Source of the DNA: an uncultured delta proteobacterium
GTDB lineage: Bacteria; Myxococcota; Kuafuiibacteriia; Kuafuiibacteriales; Kuafuiibacteriaceae
Length of the DNA: 64,000 bases
Reading direction: 5' to 3'
NCBI GenBank assembly: GCA_963803435.1
Contig: CAWDML010000001.1
Coordinates: 1-64,000, forward strand
The translations under genes were made by a program, and so were the position numbers. Below are positions 17,764 through 27,510 of the stretch, piece after piece; positions within the stretch are counted from its first letter, which is position 1; each line of letters begins with the position of its first letter. Under the pieces are notes generated by a model. That model did not search any database. It saw nothing but the letters and a program-made list of their open reading frames with translations, and was not told the origin of the DNA.

Positions 17764-18320
17764 ACCAACGCCTTGCTCATGGTGGCGCCGAACTCGAGCA
17801 CGTTCATGCGGAGGAGCTCTTCGCCACCGGGAAGCGAAATGGTCAAGTCGTCTCCGTCGCGCTCGAGCACGAGGTCCTTGAAGCTCTGCTTCTTCAGGCG
17901 CGCCAGGCTCTTCTCCTTGAAGAAGATCTTCTGGAGCAGCGCGACGTCGGAGGGGAGGAGCGGGAAGCTGCCGGCGTCGGTCCGCTCCAAAAGCGCCGCG
18001 ATGGTGTCCTGGAGCTCGGGGGAGAGCCGTCCTAGATTGTTCTGCGCGCGCAGCGGAACCCGGGCCACCAGCGCCGTCGCCGGATCGAGCTGGGTCGTGA
18101 AGCCCCCCGTGGTCTCGAGACCGACGAAGTTGGGGATGGCGGCCTCCATGAAACGGTAGTCGAACGGATGCGACATCGCGTAGCCGATGTAATGGTCGAT
18201 CCACCGCTCCCACGGGACCCTCAGGGTCTCGGCGATCATCCGCTGGAGGTGGAGCCACTGCTGAACCCGCGCCTTCGCGTCCTCAGGGAGCCGCTCGTAG
18301 GCTTCGAGCCACCCGCTCAC
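17760..18320 (-). CDS. Hypothetical protein
   Basis: GTG 18320 MSGWLEAYERLPEDAKARVQQW...; coding-like codon usage; coupled to downstream lipoprotein. Confidence 0.65.
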   Translation of the reverse strand: MSGWLEAYERLPEDAKARVQQWLHLQRMIAETLRVPWERWIDHYIGYAMSHPFDYRFMEAAIPNFVGLETTGGFTTQLDPATALVARVPLRAQNNLGRLSPELQDTIAALLERTDAGSFPLLPSDVALLQKIFFKEKSLARLKKQSFKDLVLERDGDDLTISLPGGEELLRMNVLEFGATMSKALV

Positions 18321-18425
18321 GCCGGCAATATCCCAACAATTCCGCGGCTTCGCCACCTCGCATCCGCTTTTCGCGCAACCCGTCCCCCGGATCGGCGAAA
18401 ATCTGTGCGACTCAGGGAGGTCTCC

Positions 18426-18851
18426 GTGGCAACCGTCCAACCCAACCCAGCCGCCGCACGCGCGCAGGCCAGCGACCTCTGGCAGGGCGCCGCCTACGGC
18501 GGACTGATCGGCATGTTCGTCGGGCGTCCGATCCTGGGCGCGCTCGGGGGCATGGTCTACAAGCTGTTCACCACCGACGGGCTCGCCGACGCCGCCCGCA
18601 CCCTGTTCGACCCCGAGGGGACGCTCGGCTCGGTGCTCGGCGGCAACGATAAGGCGAGGAAGACGACCACGCGGCGAAAGCAGGAGGAGCCGGCGTCGAA
18701 GCCCGCCGTCCCCGGCTGGCTCAAGGCGCTCGGGATCGGCGCGGCCGTCGTCGCCGGCGTCAGCGCCCTCGGCGACACCATGACGTACGGCTTCATGGGC
18801 CGCCCGTTTTTCGGGGGCTACGGTTTCGGCTATCCTTACTACGGTTGGTGA
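18426..18851 (+). CDS. Gly-rich (glycine-zipper-like) membrane protein
   Basis: GGAGG RBS before GTG 18426; GAAYGGLIGMFVGRPILGALGG; Tyr/Gly-rich C-tail. Confidence 0.65.
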   Translation: MATVQPNPAAARAQASDLWQGAAYGGLIGMFVGRPILGALGGMVYKLFTTDGLADAARTLFDPEGTLGSVLGGNDKARKTTTRRKQEEPASKPAVPGWLKALGIGAAVVAGVSALGDTMTYGFMGRPFFGGYGFGYPYYGW

Positions 18852-19174
18852 CGTCCTCCACCAAAGCCTTCCCCCGCGTCGAGGCCCACCTCGAGAAGCT
18901 CCGCAACGCGGGGCTCGACACACAGGCCTTCTTCGCCGCGCTCGTCGACATCCGGGACGACACCGCGCTCTCAGAGAAGCAGCGGGATGCGCTCCATCAG
19001 ATCATCGCGATGGAGTCCTTCATCTGGTACCTCGAGGCGCTCAACGGCGCGCCCATCGATCGCGTCCGCGCCGCCGAGGAGGCCAAGCGCGCCGCGGAGG
19101 ACGCGTACCCTCCCGAGGAGGTGACGGTCCGCCAGCGCCCACCCAAGAAGAAAAAGAGCAAGAAGAAGCGCTGA
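18848..19174 (+). CDS. Hypothetical protein with Lys-rich tail
   Basis: GTGA overlap with upstream gene; ends PKKKKSKKKR. Confidence 0.6.
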   Translation: MTSSTKAFPRVEAHLEKLRNAGLDTQAFFAALVDIRDDTALSEKQRDALHQIIAMESFIWYLEALNGAPIDRVRAAEEAKRAAEDAYPPEEVTVRQRPPKKKKSKKKR

Positions 19175-19176
19175 TC

Positions 19177-19788
19177 CTACTGATCCCGGCAGCAGCGAAA
19201 GCCGATCTCGGGCGTCTCGTCCGTGGGGTCGGCGATCTTCATCGTGTCCCCATCCTTACAGCGGTGCGTCTGCGAGCTGCGGAACCCACCGCCGCGCGCC
19301 GCGGCGCTGGCCAGCGTGTTGCCGGTCCACTCCCAGACGTTGCCCGAGAGATCGAAGACGTCGAAGGAGGACTTGCAGTTCGCCGCGCTCCCGCTGGCCT
19401 TCTTCCCCTCGCCCGAGACGTTGCAGCGGGACGCGTCGAGCGTGTCACCGTAGGTGTAGATCGTGCCCTCCGCCTCACCGGCGGCGCCGTCGCAGGCGTC
19501 GATCCACTCGTCCCGCTCGCACAGCCGGAGCGCCTTGGCCCGGCAAGCCTCGCGCGATGCCTCCCAGGTGATGTCGGTCCAGGGCACGCGCTCCGCGATC
19601 GATCGCGCCTCGGATGGGTCCATGCCCTCCCCGGTCGAGGTCGCGTCCTTCTTGGACGCCTCGAAGGTCCAGATGCAGTACCGATGATCGCTCCGGCCCG
19701 TGATGCACACCTCCTGATCGGGGACGTCGAGTTTCGGATCGCCGTTGCAGGCGCACGCGAAGAGGAGAAGGGGCGCGAGCCGTCGCAT
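19177..19788 (-). CDS. FGE-sulfatase (SUMF1) domain lipoprotein
   Basis: LFACAC lipobox; RLCERDEW..AC, YTYG, VFDLSGNVWEW, RGG, IGFRCC. Confidence 0.85.
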   Translation of the reverse strand: MRRLAPLLLFACACNGDPKLDVPDQEVCITGRSDHRYCIWTFEASKKDATSTGEGMDPSEARSIAERVPWTDITWEASREACRAKALRLCERDEWIDACDGAAGEAEGTIYTYGDTLDASRCNVSGEGKKASGSAANCKSSFDVFDLSGNVWEWTGNTLASAAARGGGFRSSQTHRCKDGDTMKIADPTDETPEIGFRCCRDQ

Positions 19789-19835
19789 GGCGGTAGTATG
19801 ACAAAACCGGACGTTCAGACTAAGGTCTGATCGAG

Positions 19836-20276
19836 ATGGGCCGCGAAGCGCTCGATGCGTTCATCGAGAAGTCGAAGATCTTCAGCCTCCTCGACGAAGA
19901 GGGCCGGACCCGCCTCGCCCGCATCTCCCAGGAAGTGGCGTTTCCCGCCGGGACCGTGATCTTCCGCGAGGGTGACGAGGGCGACGCCTTCTACTGCACC
20001 CTCTCCGGGACCCTGCGGGTCGCCGCCAGCGACTACGCCGAGAGCCCCAAGCACGTGGCCACGCTGATGGGCGGCTCGGTCTTCGGCGAGATCGCGGCGC
20101 TCTCCGGCGAGCCGCGCACCGCCTCCGTCACCGCCGAGAGCGAGGTCCGAGCGCTGCGGTTCGAGCTGGTCGCCGTCTTCGGCGTGCTGAAGGACTACCC
20201 GGCGGTGCTGGCCGAGCTCCGGCGGCTCGGCATCAATCGCACCGAGGATCTGCTGGCGAAGGTGATGGAGGAGTAA
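19836..20276 (+). CDS. Stand-alone cyclic nucleotide-binding domain protein
   Basis: IFREGDEGDAFY, FGEIAALSGEPRTASV. Confidence 0.9.
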   Translation: MGREALDAFIEKSKIFSLLDEEGRTRLARISQEVAFPAGTVIFREGDEGDAFYCTLSGTLRVAASDYAESPKHVATLMGGSVFGEIAALSGEPRTASVTAESEVRALRFELVAVFGVLKDYPAVLAELRRLGINRTEDLLAKVMEE

Positions 20277-20280
20277 CCGC

Positions 20281-22311
20281 TCACGTGTCCTTGAGCAGCT
20301 CCTTGAGCGCAACCTCCTCGATCACGGGGATGTTGTACATCGCGGCCGCGTCGAACTCCCTGCTCCCGCCACGGCCGCGGATCAGGAGATCCGTGGTGCG
20401 GCCGACGCGCGGCTGAATGATGCCGCCGCGCCGCTCGATCTCGTCGGTCGCGAAGCTGGTGCCACGCTCGAAGTCTCCCGCCACCGCGATCCGACGCCCG
20501 AGAAACGGCGCCGGAAAGTTGGTCTCGCCGTCGAGGATCTCGTAGCCGGCCTCCTTGAGGCGCTTGATCGTGCGCGGACCCTCGGTGGCGAGCCATCGCG
20601 CCAGGCCGTCGGCAGCCTCCGCCGGGATGTCCGGGATGCCATGGCAGCGCGCCTCCGTCAGCTCCTCGAGCCGCTCCAGCGAGAAGACGTGAAACGCGAT
20701 CGCCCGGGACGCGTGCTCGCTGACGTGCGGGATCGCGGCCAGATAGAGGAGACGCCACAACGGCATGCGCTTGGCGCGCTGGAGCTCGTCCCCCAGCGCC
20801 TGACCCTTCCCGGGAGCGACCCGCTCCAGGCCTCCGGGATCCATCGTCAGCAGATCGACGGCGTCCATCGGTCCGTATTCTGCGAGCAGCTTGTCGACCA
20901 GCCGCACGCTCAGCGTGTTGAGCCTGAGGCCACGCGGGCCGACCAAGTGCAACAGCCGAGCGCGCGCGCGCCCGATGCAAGAGAGGTTGACACAGGTCCG
21001 GAACGGCTCGTCCTCCACCGGGGGGAGCTGCGACTGGCAGCTCGGGCACTGATCGATCGGCGGCTGTCCGCTCTCGAAGCGATCGACCATGATCACCGGG
21101 GCGACGCTCCCGGGCCGCACCCGAACGGTGGTACCGCCGTGCACCGCCAGCATGCTCGTCCCGTCGAACGCCGGCACGGGCGCGCGCTCCGGCACCGGCA
21201 GATCGTGGTCGGGCGATCGCTCGAGCAGCGCCACCGGCAACACCGCACCGCCGCGGCCCACCGCGTAGTACACCTTCGTCACCACCGCCGGCCGGCCGGG
21301 GAGCGGGAAGAGGAGCCGCACCGACGCAGGCACCGGCGCGTTCGACTCCTCCGAAGCCGCCGCGAACCCCGAACGGTTCACGCTGAGCGTACCGCCCTCG
21401 AGCGGGTACTCGAACGAGGGCGCGATCTGCTGCAGCGTCGACACGAAGTCGAGCACCTCGGACAGCCCCTTGCAGCGCCACGTCACCGGCAACACCGCAA
21501 AGCCCCAGCTCTTGAGCGCGCCCAGGAGCCGCCACTCGGAGTCGATTCCGTCCGGCATCCGATCGCTCCCCAGCGCGAAGAGCTTGAGCGGGCGCGAAAG
21601 CGTGATACGGGGATCGAGCCGGCGCAGCGAGCCCAGCACGGCTGCACGCGGGAGGATGTAGGGCGGCTCCCCGGAGTCGACGCGCCGCCGATCGAGCGCG
21701 GTGAGGTCGGCCGTGCGCATCGCGACGGTGGCCCGCACGCTCAGCTGATCCGGATACTGGGGCACCGGCTGGATCGTGGAGGGCCCGAGGGCCTGCCGCG
21801 TCAGCTTGGTGATCCGACTCTCCGTGACGGTTCCAGGCGGGCGCAGCCTGAGCGGGCAGGACCCGATGGTCCGCACGTTGTCGGTGACATCCTCGCCCCG
21901 ATGGCCGTCGCCCCGCAGGACGGCGCGCACCAGGACGCCCGCCGCGTAGGTCAGCACCACATCGACGCTCGGCATGGTGGCGCTGGCGACATACGTGACC
22001 TCGCCCCGATCGAGCGTCGACACCTGACTGTGGTGGGCCCGAAGCTCCGCGACGCTCTGAACCGCCGGGAGCGGCGGCCACAGCATGTCGTGCGGGTGGG
22101 TCTCCAGCTCGCCGCGCTGTCTCCGGTCGAAACGGCAGCTGGGTGAATCGGGCGTCTGGAGGACACCGCTCGCTTCCAGCGCCATGAGCTCGGCCAGCAT
22201 GGCGGAAAAGGCGCGGCCCTGAATCAGTGGATGTTCGAGCACATGCAGGCGATGCTCAGCGTCGGCCAGCTTGGTCCGCAGGGCCTTCGCTCTTTCTTCC
22301 TGACCCGCCAT
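20281..22311 (-). CDS. NAD-dependent DNA ligase (LigA)-like protein, predicted catalytically inactive
   Basis: PDSP, RGDGHRGEDVTDNVRTI, GSLRRLDPRIT..RPL, VGRGG...PV, C4 Zn finger, HhH, C-terminal BRCT; KxDG motif replaced by TMPS. Confidence 0.85.
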   Translation of the reverse strand: MAGQEERAKALRTKLADAEHRLHVLEHPLIQGRAFSAMLAELMALEASGVLQTPDSPSCRFDRRQRGELETHPHDMLWPPLPAVQSVAELRAHHSQVSTLDRGEVTYVASATMPSVDVVLTYAAGVLVRAVLRGDGHRGEDVTDNVRTIGSCPLRLRPPGTVTESRITKLTRQALGPSTIQPVPQYPDQLSVRATVAMRTADLTALDRRRVDSGEPPYILPRAAVLGSLRRLDPRITLSRPLKLFALGSDRMPDGIDSEWRLLGALKSWGFAVLPVTWRCKGLSEVLDFVSTLQQIAPSFEYPLEGGTLSVNRSGFAAASEESNAPVPASVRLLFPLPGRPAVVTKVYYAVGRGGAVLPVALLERSPDHDLPVPERAPVPAFDGTSMLAVHGGTTVRVRPGSVAPVIMVDRFESGQPPIDQCPSCQSQLPPVEDEPFRTCVNLSCIGRARARLLHLVGPRGLRLNTLSVRLVDKLLAEYGPMDAVDLLTMDPGGLERVAPGKGQALGDELQRAKRMPLWRLLYLAAIPHVSEHASRAIAFHVFSLERLEELTEARCHGIPDIPAEAADGLARWLATEGPRTIKRLKEAGYEILDGETNFPAPFLGRRIAVAGDFERGTSFATDEIERRGGIIQPRVGRTTDLLIRGRGGSREFDAAAMYNIPVIEEVALKELLKDT

Positions 22312-22318
22312 ATCAACC

Positions 22319-22348
22319 TTGACTTGAGTGGATCCCGCCTACTACGGT
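22319..22348 (+). promoter_or_regulatory. Possible sigma70 promoter of rho
   Basis: TTGACT-N18-TACGGT upstream of a ~110-nt leader. Confidence 0.35.
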
Positions 22349-22460
22349 CCCGGTGCTGGTGCACCGCACCGCTCGTTTGTCTCTCTAATACGCGTCGAGA
22401 GCGCATCCCACCTACGGGTTGCTCCCGTATCGCAAGCAGGAAAATAGGACCAACAGCGCC

Positions 22461-23933
22461 ATGGCGCAAATCACGGGCTCCGGCCGCAGCAAGAAAACCG
22501 AGGATGAAATGACGGGTGAAGGCACCGAACCGCGCCGTTCCGCCAAGAAGAAGACCAACAAAGCCCCCCGCAGGGCCAACGGCACCGACGACATGGAGGG
22601 CCGCGGCCGCGACGACGACGGCATGGATGACGCCCACGCCTCCGACGCCTCCGACGGGCCTCGCACCGAGATCAACACCGAGCGGATGAACCTCAAGGAG
22701 CTCAAGGAGAAGCGCATCTCCGAGCTCACCCGAATGGGCCGCGAGATGGGGGTCGACGGCGCCGCCGGCATGCGCAAGCAGGAGCTGATCTTCGCGGTCC
22801 TGCAAGCCCACGCCGCCCGCTCCGGGGCGATCTACTCCGAGGGTGTCCTCGAATGCCTCTCGGACGGCTTCGGTTTCCTCCGATCTCCGGATTACAGCTA
22901 CCTTCCGGGCCCGGACGACATCTACGTTTCCCCCTCCCAGCTCCGCCGCTTCAACCTGAGGACCGGCGACACCATCAGCGGCCAGATCCGGCCGCCGAAG
23001 GAGAGCGAGCGCTACTTCGCCATGCTCAAGGTGGAGAGCGTCAACTTCGAGCCGCCCGAGGTGGCACGGGACAAGATCCTGTTCGACAACCTGACGCCGC
23101 TCTATCCGCAGTCGCGGCTCAACCTCGAGTACCGGAACGACAACTACTCCACGCGCATCATCGACCTCTTGACGCCCATCGGGAAGGGACAGCGCGCGCT
23201 GATCGTGTCGCCGCCGCGCGCGGGCAAGACGGTCCTGCTCCAGGACATCGCCCATGCGGTCGCCGCCAACCACCCCGAGGTCTGGTTGATGGTGCTCTTG
23301 ATCGACGAGCGTCCCGAGGAAGTCACGGACATGGAGCGCAGCGTCGACGGCGAGGTCATCTCGTCGACCTTCGACGAGCCCGCCTCCCGCCACGTGCAGG
23401 TCGCCGAGATGGTGATCGAGAAGGCGAAGCGGCTCGTCGAGCACGGGCGCGACGTCGTGATCCTGCTCGACTCGATCACGCGTCTGGCCCGCGCCTACAA
23501 CACCGTGATCCCGCCGTCCGGAAAGATCCTCTCCGGCGGTGTCGACGCCAACGCGCTCCACAAGCCGAAGCGCTTCTTCGGCGCGGCCCGCAACATCGAG
23601 GAGGGCGGCTCGCTCACGATCATCGCCTCGGCGCTGGTCGACACCGGCAGCCGGATGGACGAGGTGATCTTCGAGGAGTTCAAGGGCACCGGCAACTCCG
23701 AGATCCATCTGGACCGCAAGCTGATGGAGAAGCGCATCTTCCCCTGCCTCGACATCAACAAGTCGGCCACGCGCAAGGAAGAGCTGCTCCAGCCGCCCGA
23801 CATCCTCAACCGGGTCTGGATCCTCCGGCAGCTCCTCCACCCGCTGAACGTCATCGACTCGATGGAGTTCATGCTCTCGAAGCTCCGCCCGACCAAGGCG
23901 AACCAGGACTTCCTGGACTCGATGAACAGCTGA
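22461..23933 (+). CDS. rho: Transcription termination factor Rho
   Basis: [56 protein letters not shown]; start uncertain (22461 or 22509). Confidence 0.97.
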   Translation: MAQITGSGRSKKTEDEMTGEGTEPRRSAKKKTNKAPRRANGTDDMEGRGRDDDGMDDAHASDASDGPRTEINTERMNLKELKEKRISELTRMGREMGVDGAAGMRKQELIFAVLQAHAARSGAIYSEGVLECLSDGFGFLRSPDYSYLPGPDDIYVSPSQLRRFNLRTGDTISGQIRPPKESERYFAMLKVESVNFEPPEVARDKILFDNLTPLYPQSRLNLEYRNDNYSTRIIDLLTPIGKGQRALIVSPPRAGKTVLLQDIAHAVAANHPEVWLMVLLIDERPEEVTDMERSVDGEVISSTFDEPASRHVQVAEMVIEKAKRLVEHGRDVVILLDSITRLARAYNTVIPPSGKILSGGVDANALHKPKRFFGAARNIEEGGSLTIIASALVDTGSRMDEVIFEEFKGTGNSEIHLDRKLMEKRIFPCLDINKSATRKEELLQPPDILNRVWILRQLLHPLNVIDSMEFMLSKLRPTKANQDFLDSMNS

Positions 23934-23955
23934 GCGGCCGGCTCCGCCTCCCCGC

Positions 23956-23996
23956 GTCGACAGTCGAGAGTCGAGCGTCTACAGTCTGAGTCCGGA
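23956..23996 (+). repeat. Degenerate 7-bp tandem repeat downstream of rho
   Basis: GTCGACA GTCGAGA GTCGAGC GTCTACA GTCTGA GTCCGGA. Confidence 0.5.
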
Positions 23997-24012
23997 CTGT
24001 CGCTCGACCCTC

Positions 24013-25191
24013 GTGGATCCTCTCGAGAACATCTCGGACGAGCTCCTCTCCTCGGACGGTCACGTCACGCGGGTCGTCGACGACTACGAGATCGTCGCCT
24101 GGCTCGCGCGAAAGCGCCGCGTCAGCGTCGACGTGTCGGATCGGACGGACCGGATCCCCCGCACCCTGTCGCTGCGCACGAGCCGCGGGGCCCGTCGGAC
24201 CCGTCTGGGGGCGCCCGCCTTCGATCGGGCCCTCGAGCTGTCGGCGCCCGAGCCTTGGGCCCTCGCGGTGTTCGGGCAGAGCACGCGGCGGCTGGTGAAG
24301 GTGATGGTCGAGCGCTGGGGCGCGGTGGTCGAGTCGGGGACGATCCGGCTGTCCTATGCGGGCGCCGGCGTGCTGCCCCGGGCGGAGATCCTGCGCACCG
24401 TCCGGGCGGCGCTCGAGCTGGCTCGATCGCTGTCGATCGCGCCCGACGCGATCCCGCCCGCCCTCACCGAGAACGCACGGTCGGATCCGGAGCCACACCT
24501 ACGTGAGCGGGCGCTCCGAGCGCTGGTCGCCGAGTACCCCGAGCCCGCGGTGGAGGCGTGCCGGCGGGCCCTCACCGATCCGGAGCCCGCCGTCCGCCTC
24601 ATCGCAGCGCTCTCGCTCGAGGTCGATCCCACGGTGGAGGCTACGCTCGCAGAGCTGGCCACCGCCTGGTCGATCGCGCCCGAGATCCGAATCGACGCCT
24701 TCGAGCGCTTCCTCGAGGTGGCCGCCGGAGATGCGATGCCCGTGCTCGAGCGTGCACTCGCCGATCCGGTCCTGGCGGAGCGCGCGGTTCACGCCACCGT
24801 CCGCTTCGCCGATCCGGGGTGGACCGACTTCCTCGCGGAGGTGGCGGGCGACTGCGACGACCGACTGCGCACCGCCATCGCCCTGGTGCTGGCCGATCTC
24901 GGCCACCCGAAGGCCGAGGTCCTGCTCCTCTCCGTGCCGCCTTCGTCCGCGACCGTCGTGCGGCTGGCGGAGCTCGGGAGCGCGCGCGCGATCCCGTTGC
25001 TGCGCCGCGTCGCCTCCCGGGAGGCCCGCGATGCCATCGCCCGGATCCGCGCCCGCGTTGGAGAGCTCGACGGTCACCTCGCGATCGTCGGTGGTGAGCA
25101 AGACGCGCGCGGCGCGCTCAGCGAGGCCGAGGCCGGGAAGATCTCGATCAATCCGGGCGCGGTCAGTGACCCGCGAGACCGGCGAGATTGA
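24013..25191 (+). CDS. HEAT repeat protein
   Basis: DPEPHLRERALRAL, DPEPAVRLIAA, LAELGSARAIPLL. Confidence 0.75.
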   Translation: MDPLENISDELLSSDGHVTRVVDDYEIVAWLARKRRVSVDVSDRTDRIPRTLSLRTSRGARRTRLGAPAFDRALELSAPEPWALAVFGQSTRRLVKVMVERWGAVVESGTIRLSYAGAGVLPRAEILRTVRAALELARSLSIAPDAIPPALTENARSDPEPHLRERALRALVAEYPEPAVEACRRALTDPEPAVRLIAALSLEVDPTVEATLAELATAWSIAPEIRIDAFERFLEVAAGDAMPVLERALADPVLAERAVHATVRFADPGWTDFLAEVAGDCDDRLRTAIALVLADLGHPKAEVLLLSVPPSSATVVRLAELGSARAIPLLRRVASREARDAIARIRARVGELDGHLAIVGGEQDARGALSEAEAGKISINPGAVSDPRDRRD

Positions 25192-26203
25192 GCGCGTACC
25201 AGCTGAGCGCGGCGATGGTCGAAGCCGCGGGAATCGTGATGATCCAGGCCCACACGATCCGGCTGGCGATGCCCCAGCGGACCGAGGACAGCTTGGTGGT
25301 CGCGCCCACACCGACGATCGCGCCGGTGATCACGTGCGTCGTGGACGCCGGGATGCCGAACATGGCGTTGATCGCGAGCGTGGTGGCCCCGGCGGTCTCG
25401 GCGGCGAACCCGCCCACCGGCCTGAGCTTCGTGATCTTCATGCCCATCGTCCTGACGATTCGCCAGCCGCCGAACGCGGTGCCGAGCCCCATGGCGATGT
25501 GGCAGAGGATGAGGTTCCAGAACGGGATGTCGCCGCCCTTGCTGAGCCCCGACGCTACCATCACGCCGAAGATGATGCCGGCCGTCTTCTGGGCGTCGTT
25601 GCCGCCGTGCCCCAGGCTGTAGAGCGCGGCAGAGAGCAGCTGCCCGCGACGGAACAGCGTGTCGACCTGCTTGGGAGTGGCTTTGCGGAAGAGCCACGAG
25701 ATGCCGAGCATGTAGATGAACCCGAGGACCAGGCCGATCGCCGGCGACACCACGATGAAGACGACTGTCTTGATGATGCCCGGCGCCACCAGGGCCGCGG
25801 TCCCGCCCTTGACGAAACCGGCCCCCACCAGACCACCCACCAGCGCGTGGGAGGAGCTCGAGGGGAGCCCGTAGTACCAGGTGATCAGGTTCCAGACGAT
25901 CGCGCCGAGGAGCGCGGAGCCCACCACGGCGTAGTCGATGACGCTGACCTCGATGATACCGGTTCCGATCGTCTTCGCGACCGCGGTCCCGAAGACGAAC
26001 ACCGCCAGGAAGTTGAAGCCGGCCGCCCACCAGACGGCCACGCGCGGGCTCAGGACGCGGGTCGAGACCACCGTCGCGATCGAGTTGGCGGCGTCGTGAA
26101 AGCCGTTGATGAAGTCGAACGCCAGCGCGACGAAGAGGAGCAGGAGGACGATGGCGGGCGCGTGGAGAAGGACGGTGATGCCGGTGATGTCGTCGAGCTT
26201 CAT
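25163..26203 (-). CDS. PiT family inorganic phosphate transporter
   Basis: NGFHDAANSIAT, GLPSSSSHAL, HGGNDAQK, GGWRIV.TMG, PASTTH. Confidence 0.95.
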   Translation of the reverse strand: MKLDDITGITVLLHAPAIVLLLLFVALAFDFINGFHDAANSIATVVSTRVLSPRVAVWWAAGFNFLAVFVFGTAVAKTIGTGIIEVSVIDYAVVGSALLGAIVWNLITWYYGLPSSSSHALVGGLVGAGFVKGGTAALVAPGIIKTVVFIVVSPAIGLVLGFIYMLGISWLFRKATPKQVDTLFRRGQLLSAALYSLGHGGNDAQKTAGIIFGVMVASGLSKGGDIPFWNLILCHIAMGLGTAFGGWRIVRTMGMKITKLRPVGGFAAETAGATTLAINAMFGIPASTTHVITGAIVGVGATTKLSSVRWGIASRIVWAWIITIPAASTIAALSWYALNLAGLAGH

Positions 26204-26206
26204 GGC

Positions 26207-26836
26207 TCAGGCGTGCTCGAGGACGACGCCTTCGATGATGTTCGCCACATCCTCGCAGCGGTCGGTGGCGTTCTCGAGGAACTCGAACACCTCCTTCCAC
26301 TTGATCACCTCGATCGGATTCGGCTCCGACTTGAAGAGGCTGGCCATCCCGCGCCGCAGGGCCGCATCACCCTCGTTCTCGAGGCGGTTGATCTCCACGC
26401 AGACCTTGAGGAGCTCCATCGGGAAGCGCAGCTCGCGGAGACCGTGGACCGCCTCTTTGACCTGCTCGGTGGCTCGGAGCAGCACCTCGCAGAGCTCGAG
26501 CGCCTCCGGGCGGGCCTCGCGGATCTCGTACATGACCAGCCGCTGGCTGCTGGCGTCGATGAAGTCGAGGATGTCGTCCATGCCGCTGATGAGCCGGTGG
26601 ATCTCCTCGCGATCGATCGGGGTGATGAACGTCTTGTGCAGCGTCTCCACCGTGTGGTGCGTGATCTTGTCGCCCTCGTGCTCCAGGTCCTTGATCTCTT
26701 TGACGCGGGCATCGGCCTCCTCCAGGTTCCGGAGGGCCTCCAAGAGCAGCCGCGCGGCTTCGACACACTTTTCGGCGTGCTGCTCGAAATAGTCGAAGAA
26801 CGAATGCTCCTTGGGCAGGAAGCTTCCGAACGGCAT
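26207..26836 (-). CDS. DUF47 / PhoU-like phosphate transport regulator
   Basis: LEHEGD, TFITPIDREEI, LENEGD, LENATDRCEDVA; directly upstream of pit. Confidence 0.92.
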   Translation of the reverse strand: MPFGSFLPKEHSFFDYFEQHAEKCVEAARLLLEALRNLEEADARVKEIKDLEHEGDKITHHTVETLHKTFITPIDREEIHRLISGMDDILDFIDASSQRLVMYEIREARPEALELCEVLLRATEQVKEAVHGLRELRFPMELLKVCVEINRLENEGDAALRRGMASLFKSEPNPIEVIKWKEVFEFLENATDRCEDVANIIEGVVLEHA

Positions 26837-26877
26837 GGCCCTCCCTAGCACCCACGAAGGAGCAGGGCTATCGAGGA

Positions 26878-27510
26878 TCACCCTCCGGCGAGGAACTCCT
26901 CGGCGCGCGCGCGGAGCGACGGAAGCTCCGCGAGCTTGCTCCAGGTCCGCGGATCGACAGGCTTGACGTGCGGCAGGGCGCCGATCATCTCGTCGAGATT
27001 GTCGAGCGCCTCATAGGAATAACCGCGCCGCTCGCAGCGCCCGATCCCGGAGGCGCCGTCGAAGCGGGCCAGAAGGAGGAGATCGTCGGCGCTCAGCAGC
27101 TTCCGCGCGATCCGCCGCCCAATCAGGATCGCGCGGCGCCGCAGGATGTCCACCGAGGTCTCGAGCCGGCGCCGCGTCATCCTCCGGCCCGCGCGCGACT
27201 TGCCCCGCTTGATCCCGCGTGCGCTCAGAAAGTCCTCCGGCGACCACGACGCGCCCAGCTTACCCTCGGTCCCGAGCGTCTCGAGGAAACGGCCGAGGCT
27301 GCGCGCGTCGTTTTGGAGGATCAGGACGTCGATGCGGCTGCGGATGACCGGATCGTCGGCGGCGATCTGCGCAGCGCGCGCGATGTGCTTGAGGCTCGCC
27401 ATCGGGAGCGCGGCGATCGATCGCTCGAGGTCGATCGGTTTGGGCGCACCGGGAGGGATCGGGCGGCTGGCCTCGTCGACGGAGTAGGCGGCGAAGAACC
27501 TCGGCATCAT
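26878..27510 (-). CDS. Hypothetical protein
   Basis: MMPRFFAAYSVDE...; ATGA overlap with upstream TPR gene. Confidence 0.6.
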   Translation of the reverse strand: MMPRFFAAYSVDEASRPIPPGAPKPIDLERSIAALPMASLKHIARAAQIAADDPVIRSRIDVLILQNDARSLGRFLETLGTEGKLGASWSPEDFLSARGIKRGKSRAGRRMTRRRLETSVDILRRRAILIGRRIARKLLSADDLLLLARFDGASGIGRCERRGYSYEALDNLDEMIGALPHVKPVDPRTWSKLAELPSLRARAEEFLAGG

